A stretch of 32,000 bases of DNA from Paenibacillus sp. GSMTC-2017. Its GTDB lineage: Bacteria > Bacillota > Bacilli > Paenibacillales > Paenibacillaceae. Shown here piece after piece: positions 27,005 to 32,000 of this stretch; the stretch's first letter is position 1, and each line of letters begins with the position of its first letter. The stretch spans positions 570,208-602,207 of the forward strand of contig NZ_JAECMT010000003.1 in NCBI RefSeq assembly GCF_016019935.1, written 5' to 3'. Made by a program: the position numbers and the translations under genes. The notes under the pieces were generated by a model. That model worked only from the letters and a program-made list of their open reading frames with translations, made no database searches and was not told the DNA's origin.

Positions 27005-28825
27005 ATGATGTATAACAGCAAGTGGAAACATGGTGTAATTCAATCGTTCCTTGCCGTATCTTTAGTATTTTCAGTTACTAGTGGGGTTGGTATTCCTAAA
27101 GCTTCAGCGAACGTTTCGCAACAAACATTATTGGAATGGAAAAGCTCCAAAACCTATAAGAAGAGCGACCGTGTTTCTTACAAAGGTTATGAGTATGTTG
27201 CAGGACGCAACACAAAAGGAGATAGACCAGATCGTCCTGGGAGATACGGCTATGTGAATCCTTGGAAAATGGTTGGGAAAGTGAAAGAGCCCGTTATTGT
27301 AGATGTAATTCCACCCACCGTGTCACTTTCATCGAATAATGTTCAATTCAACACAGACGACACACTTCTTCTACAATCCTCAGCGAACGATGCATCCGGT
27401 ATTTCTAAAGTTGAATTTTATCAAAATAATACATTAATCCATACAGCATCATCTGCACCCTTTGAGTATCGTCTCGGAATAACCAAGGAGCTCAATGGTG
27501 AGCATTCATTTGTGGCAAAAGCATTTGATACGATTGGGAATACAGCATCGTCATCACCTGTAAATATACACGTTCAAATTGCCAATAAGGTGCCCGAAAG
27601 TAACATACGAACGATTACGTTTGAACAATTCGGAAATCCGAGAGCGGAAACGAGGGCACTTCGCAGAGAATTTAAGGGAAGCAATATACAGCCAACAGGC
27701 ATTTATGTGAAGCCAAATGAAGTGATTACAGTTACATTGACGACGATGGATGCTACTAAGCTTCCGATTGCAGCAATCGAAGATCCTCATATTACAAAAT
27801 ATAATTATATGCCAGAGTACATAACGTTACAGCCGGGTGAAAATAAACTATCTAGTCCAGCAGGGGGCTTATTGTATTTGCAGCACTTTGCCATTTTTCC
27901 TGTCGCACCAACGGTAACTGTTGAAGGTGGACAAGATATTCCTTATTTCGAATTGGGCAAAACAACAAATGAAGAGTGGCAGAAGATGCTTAATCAGCCG
28001 GACGTCTCACCATGGACAGAACTAATTTCAGACCGAGTATGGATTACAGTGCAGACGAGTAAGGCTAAGCAATACGTTCAAGATGCTACTTTACTAATGG
28101 AAGCGCATGATCGAGTTGTTGCGGAACAAGAAAAAATTTCTGGATTATCGTTTGAAAATGCAAAACCACATCAAGGGCCGAAATATCGTTTTCATTACAA
28201 AGAGTATTTTAGTGATGATCAATACATGTTTGCATGGTACGATATAGCTGGTTTTCATACTGATTCTATTGATGCGATTTTAGATATTAACAGATTTACA
28301 AAAGAAGGCTGGGGTCCATGGCATGAACTTGGGCATTTCCATCAGCAAAATCCATGGACGTGGGATGGGATGGATGAAGTAACGGTAAACATCTACAGCT
28401 TAGCTACACAAAAGATGTTCGGCTTGCAATCTCGACTAGAGAAAGACGGTGTTTATGAAAAAGCATTTGAGTATTTGAACCAGCCGACACGTGATTACAA
28501 CAAGTTAGAAGATCTTTTTGTTAAGGTGACTATGCTTTGGCAATTGCAGCTTGCATATGGCGATCAGTTTTATCCTGAGCTTCATAAGGCCTATCGCGAT
28601 ATGAACTACAATCAACTTCCTCAAACAGATGAAGATATGATTTCAATGTTTATCGTTATGACTTCTAAGACAGCGAACCAAAACCTAATTCCATTTTTCG
28701 AAAAATGGGGTCTTAACGCAGATGAAGAAACGATCAAATTTATCAATGAATTAGGACTTCCGACTTTAACGGCTGAAATTTGGAAAAATCGTGATAGTAA
28801 CAACAACATACTTCCTAACCGTTAA
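27005..28825 (+). CDS. Secreted M60/enhancin-like metallopeptidase with an N-terminal CBM5/12-like module and an Ig-like domain
   Basis: A signal peptide ends ...PKASA. The carbohydrate-binding-like segment is WKSSKTYKKSDRVSYKGYEYVAGRNTKGDRP...W. An Ig-like domain reads PPTVSLSS...ISKVEFYQNN. The zincin motif HELGH lies at nt 28322-28336, in the context WGPWHELGHFHQ. The start was chosen 6 nt after the GAGGAAGG RBS. The track ORF starts at TTG 26984. Confidence 0.8.
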   Translation: MMYNSKWKHGVIQSFLAVSLVFSVTSGVGIPKASANVSQQTLLEWKSSKTYKKSDRVSYKGYEYVAGRNTKGDRPDRPGRYGYVNPWKMVGKVKEPVIVDVIPPTVSLSSNNVQFNTDDTLLLQSSANDASGISKVEFYQNNTLIHTASSAPFEYRLGITKELNGEHSFVAKAFDTIGNTASSSPVNIHVQIANKVPESNIRTITFEQFGNPRAETRALRREFKGSNIQPTGIYVKPNEVITVTLTTMDATKLPIAAIEDPHITKYNYMPEYITLQPGENKLSSPAGGLLYLQHFAIFPVAPTVTVEGGQDIPYFELGKTTNEEWQKMLNQPDVSPWTELISDRVWITVQTSKAKQYVQDATLLMEAHDRVVAEQEKISGLSFENAKPHQGPKYRFHYKEYFSDDQYMFAWYDIAGFHTDSIDAILDINRFTKEGWGPWHELGHFHQQNPWTWDGMDEVTVNIYSLATQKMFGLQSRLEKDGVYEKAFEYLNQPTRDYNKLEDLFVKVTMLWQLQLAYGDQFYPELHKAYRDMNYNQLPQTDEDMISMFIVMTSKTANQNLIPFFEKWGLNADEETIKFINELGLPTLTAEIWKNRDSNNNILPNR

Positions 28826-28868
28826 CACCGAGTGCTTTAGTTAATAGTTGGTTAAAAGATTTAGTAAA

Positions 28869-28901
28869 GGCTGCCAAGCGAAAACGCTGGCAGCTCTTTT
28901 T
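28869..28901 (+). terminator. Rho-independent terminator
   Basis: GGCTGCCAAGCG-aaaa-CGCTGGCAGCT (one bulged A) is followed by CTTTTT. Confidence 0.8.
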
Positions 28902-28912
28902 CATTTTCGTTA

Positions 28913-28941
28913 TTTACATTAGAACATATGTACGTTAAATT
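28913..28941 (+). promoter_or_regulatory. Candidate sigma-A promoter with an embedded LexA/DinR (Cheo) box
   Basis: TTTACA (28913-28918), a 17-nt spacer and TAAATT (28936-28941) form the promoter. The spacer contains AGAACATATGTACG (28921-28934), which matches the idealised Bacillus SOS box CGAACATATGTTCG at 12 of 14 positions (GAAC-N4-GTAC). The site is about 70 nt upstream of ATG 29012. Confidence 0.45.
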
Positions 28942-29011
28942 TAATTAGTAAAAACTAGAAATTGACCTAACCCTTTGCTAATGACTAAGTAATGATGGGG
29001 TGTTTAACGCA

Positions 29012-31414
29012 ATGAGTGAATTTATAGAAATTAAAGGTGCTAGCATTCATAATTTGAAAAGTATTGATGTTCGTATACCACGAAATAAGCTGACGGTCAT
29101 AACTGGCGTGTCGGGCAGTGGAAAATCAAGTTTAGCCTTCGATACGTTGTATGAAGAGGGGAAGAGGCGATATCTTCTTTTTTCGGGAACGCAATTTTCG
29201 TCAGATCCTATTCCTAAATTTGATTCGATTACAGGTCTATCCCCTACTGTTGCAGTGGAGCAACGTATTATACGTCAATCTAACTCTAGAAGTACCGTTG
29301 GCACACGATCAAAGATCGGAAATTTAATAGCTATTTTATATGCATCATATGGACAACGGAACTCTTCTTACGGAGATAAGACACCACTTGCGATGGAGTT
29401 TTTTCAGAGAAATTCCCCTAAGGGGATGTGTGTAAAGTGCTTGGGAAGCGGGCGTTATCAGGAGATTAATGAAGATGCCATTATAAAGATGGACATGCTC
29501 ATCAAAAACATTTTTGATGGTTTCTTACTGAAGCATCGTTTTCATAAGAGCAACTTTAATAAGTTTTGCCAAATGCATCAAATAGAAGTGAATGAAAAAA
29601 TCGGATTACTATCTGATGAACAGCTGTTGTTGTTTAAGTATGGATGCCGAAAAAGTGGCTTTGTAGGAGCAGTTGTCGTTTTTCATGATATGCAGAAACA
29701 TAAGTCTAATTTAAATGCCCGTCACAATTCAGCAGATAAAGAGATCATGTTGTGGGGGGTAAATATCGCCCCAGTCACATGCCCCAAATGTAATGGCTGT
29801 GGTCTCGGTGAAGAGGCTATTCACACAACGATCTCTGGCAAGACGATTACTGAGCTGGAGAATATGTACCTAGATAAGCTACTCACATTTTTCGAAACGG
29901 AAAAGGATGAAATGCCCGGCAGAAATGTGATAGATGACATTATAGTTAAGCTTAGGTGTATGGTCGATGTTGGACTCTTTCACCTTACACTCGCACGACC
30001 ATTGCCGACTCTTTCTGGAGGTGAGATTCAACGTCTTTTTTTAGCTACCATTATTATCGCTGAAATGGATTCGATCACGTTCATATTTGATGAGCCGACT
30101 ATTGGGCTACACGAAACTGAAAAGGATATGTTGATTACGATCATCCAAAATCTCGTGAAACGTGGAAATACGGTAGTTGCAGTAGAACATGACGAAAATG
30201 TTATGCGTGTTGCAGATTATATTATTGATATTGGGCCAGACGCGGGGATAAATGGTGGCGAGCTTATATTTCAAGGCAGCTTCGAGCAGTTCATGTCCTG
30301 TAAAAACTCTAAAACAGCTCCGTATCTTTCAGGTGAAAAAACGATGAAGCCCAAACTACAATTTAAAGCGGTAGATAACCAGAAGCTACTTACAATAGCT
30401 AACGCAAATCTTCACAATTTAAGGGACGTTTTTGTATCTATACCGCTAGGACTCATGGTAGGTATTGCTGGAGTGTCCGGTAGTGGGAAATCGAGCTTGA
30501 TCAGCGGCACACTAGTTCCGAAGTTAAAGCAATTACTAAAGGGTAAGTTTGTACATGAAGATGATGATGATATGACTAGTATGGACAACGATGCGCTTGT
30601 GAGCGGAACAGAACATATTAAAAAATGTATCGTCGTAGACCAGAAGCCTATCGGTAGAAGCAAATCTTCTTGTCCGGCTACGTATACGGGTATTACGGAT
30701 CGGATTCGTGCACTTTTTGCAAAAACGGAAGAAGCGCTTGAAAATGGTTATTCACTCGGAATGTTCTCGGTAAACTCCGAAGGTGGCTGTAGAGCATGTA
30801 AAGGTGAGGGATTTACACAATTTCATATTGGTCACGGGAATTGGATGGACGTAAAGTGTGAAATGTGTGAAGGGACAGGTTACATTACAGAGGCATTGAG
30901 CGTAACGCTTGATGGGAAAAACATTATGGATATTATGGCTATGAGCGTATCGGAAGCAGTGATGTTTTTTGGCCGCGAAGGCTCGGAATCGTATGATAAA
31001 TTGGCAGCAGATATCCTCATTACATTAGAAAGTGTGGGGCTTGGCTATATTACGCTTGGGCAAAAGACACCAACGATTTCGGGAGGGGAAGCACAACGGA
31101 TTAAACTAGCAAAAGAGCTTAGTAAGCAAAAGGGAGCAGGGAATGTCTATATTCTTGATGAGCCGACAACAGGTCTCGCCTTTTCAGATAGGGATCGTTT
31201 GATTACATTGATGCAACAGCTCGTTGATGATGGTAATACCGTAATCGTTACAGAACATGATCCTTTGGTACTGACGCGTTGTGATTATTTGATCGAGATG
31301 GGGCCAGGTGGTGGCAGTAACGGAGGATATATTATTGCAGAGGGTACGCCAAAGGAACTTATAGCAAATAAGCAATCGATCATTGGAAACCACTTAGAGA
31401 AGGTGAAGCGATGA
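29012..31414 (+). CDS. UvrA paralog (class II-like, lacking the UvrB-binding domain)
   Basis: The N-terminus IEIKGASIHNLKSIDVRIPRNKLTVITGVSGSGKSSLAFDTLYEEGKRRY is almost collinear with UvrA. There are two Walker A motifs (GVSGSGKSSL, twice) and two signatures (LSGGEIQRL, ISGGEAQRIKLAKEL). Zinc modules are CVKCLGSG, CPKCNGCG and CRACKGEG...CEMCEGTG. After ...LYASYGQ the sequence goes almost directly to the first zinc module, so the roughly 140-aa UvrB-binding insert of canonical UvrA is absent (about 800 aa versus about 950). The start was taken at MSEFIEIKG. Confidence 0.85.
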   Translation: MSEFIEIKGASIHNLKSIDVRIPRNKLTVITGVSGSGKSSLAFDTLYEEGKRRYLLFSGTQFSSDPIPKFDSITGLSPTVAVEQRIIRQSNSRSTVGTRSKIGNLIAILYASYGQRNSSYGDKTPLAMEFFQRNSPKGMCVKCLGSGRYQEINEDAIIKMDMLIKNIFDGFLLKHRFHKSNFNKFCQMHQIEVNEKIGLLSDEQLLLFKYGCRKSGFVGAVVVFHDMQKHKSNLNARHNSADKEIMLWGVNIAPVTCPKCNGCGLGEEAIHTTISGKTITELENMYLDKLLTFFETEKDEMPGRNVIDDIIVKLRCMVDVGLFHLTLARPLPTLSGGEIQRLFLATIIIAEMDSITFIFDEPTIGLHETEKDMLITIIQNLVKRGNTVVAVEHDENVMRVADYIIDIGPDAGINGGELIFQGSFEQFMSCKNSKTAPYLSGEKTMKPKLQFKAVDNQKLLTIANANLHNLRDVFVSIPLGLMVGIAGVSGSGKSSLISGTLVPKLKQLLKGKFVHEDDDDMTSMDNDALVSGTEHIKKCIVVDQKPIGRSKSSCPATYTGITDRIRALFAKTEEALENGYSLGMFSVNSEGGCRACKGEGFTQFHIGHGNWMDVKCEMCEGTGYITEALSVTLDGKNIMDIMAMSVSEAVMFFGREGSESYDKLAADILITLESVGLGYITLGQKTPTISGGEAQRIKLAKELSKQKGAGNVYILDEPTTGLAFSDRDRLITLMQQLVDDGNTVIVTEHDPLVLTRCDYLIEMGPGGGSNGGYIIAEGTPKELIANKQSIIGNHLEKVKR

Positions 31415-32000
31415 GCTACGAATGGCAGTTTTCTACACCAGAGGCAGAAGGTATGAGCAGCACTATTTTGCAGCAAGTAGACGACTATATTAAACAAAAG
31501 CGATATAGACTTATCAATAGCATATTGATTTTGAAAAATGACAAGATTGTATTTGAAAAATATTATAATAAATATAATGAACAAAGCAGAAACCGTATTA
31601 GATCCGTATGGAAAAGTATCATTTCGATTGCAGTTGGGATTTGTCTGGATAAGGGTTATATTAAAAGTTTGGACGAGCCTATTGGGACATATATAGATGA
31701 ATTTGCAAGCAATCGTCATCCCTATCATAAGCTAATCACGATTCGTCATTTGTTAACGATGTCGTCCGGTATTTATTGGAATGGTGGTATTCATTATCAT
31801 TGTCCGATGTTAGCGCAAATGCTTAGATCAAAGGAGTGGGTAAATCACATATCTGATATTGCTATGAGCAATGTTCCAGGTACACAATTTCAATATAAAG
31901 AATGGGATATTATATTGTTGTCCGCATTAGTCGGGAGAGCGTTCGGAGGTACAGCTTACGAAATCGTTAATCAGTACTTGTATCGTCCCCTTGATATAAT
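31411..32000 (+). CDS. Beta-lactamase-family (PF00144-like) serine hydrolase, 5' partial (runs off the window)
   Basis: This frame-1 ORF is not in the supplied track because it has no stop inside the window. I translated it by hand: MSYEWQFSTPEAEGMSSTILQQVDDY...IRSVWKSIISIAVG (S-x-x-K), HLLTMSSGI, NVPGTQFQYKEW. Its ATG overlaps the UvrA-paralog stop (ATGA). Confidence 0.8.
   Translation, partial: MSYEWQFSTPEAEGMSSTILQQVDDYIKQKRYRLINSILILKNDKIVFEKYYNKYNEQSRNRIRSVWKSIISIAVGICLDKGYIKSLDEPIGTYIDEFASNRHPYHKLITIRHLLTMSSGIYWNGGIHYHCPMLAQMLRSKEWVNHISDIAMSNVPGTQFQYKEWDIILLSALVGRAFGGTAYEIVNQYLYRPLDI

Noticed and set aside
31285-31728. A 147-aa minus-strand ORF across the UvrA-paralog/hydrolase junction.
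   Set aside because: The + strand carries two genes with strong family motifs and an ATGA coupling. The antisense translation has no recognisable features.
1-32000. A search by eye for CRISPR arrays, tRNA/rRNA genes, retron-like ncRNA/RT and toxin-antitoxin pairs near the defence genes.
   Set aside because: I saw no regularly spaced 25-40-nt repeats, no cloverleaf-like or rRNA-like segments and no reverse transcriptase ORF. Absence is by visual inspection only and should be confirmed with tRNAscan-SE, Infernal and a CRISPR finder.

Overview
This 32-kb window comes from a low-GC Firmicute (Bacillales-like) replicon and has three visibly different compositions. I found no rRNA, tRNA or CRISPR array.

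(1) Bases 1-12.4 kb form a defence island.
- It starts with the distal part of a type II Wadjet-like operon. jetB and jetC are present, and jetA is presumably upstream of base 1.
- The fourth gene is not a canonical jetD. A JetD-type N-terminal region (DUF3323/TIGR02679-like) is fused in one 707-aa ORF to a complete Hanks-type Ser/Thr kinase domain and an unassigned helical C-terminal domain. No Toprim/DUF2399 nuclease domain occurs anywhere in the window. This is the main candidate for an undescribed system: an SMC-like DNA sensor coupled to a kinase effector.
- About 2.3 kb of decayed DNA follows. It holds a histidine-phosphatase gene remnant that abuts the kinase stop codon, and a nonsense-riddled large serine recombinase pseudogene.
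- The island ends with a very AT-rich two-gene module, an ABC-type ATPase plus a DUF4435 protein, of the PARIS/AbiL type.

(2) Bases 13.1-19.7 kb are a GC-richer block.
- It carries an OmpR-type two-component system.
- Transcribed divergently is an importer-like operon: two MalFG-type permeases, an HlyD-like adaptor and a lipoprotein solute-binding protein, with no ATPase gene.
- The shared control region contains 11-bp-phased repeats.

(3) Bases 19.8-32 kb look like ordinary chromosome. The genes are:
- an M24 Xaa-Pro peptidase;
- a sensor-domain membrane protein;
- an ArsR regulator with a saccharopine-dehydrogenase-like protein;
- a large LRR/Ig/SLH surface protein;
- a HEAT-like protein;
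- a secreted M60/enhancin-like peptidase;
- a UvrA paralog lacking the UvrB-binding domain. It sits behind a promoter with a near-consensus LexA (Cheo) box and is translationally coupled to a beta-lactamase-family serine hydrolase that runs off the window.

All family assignments come from motif reading and recollection of family patterns, not from database searches.
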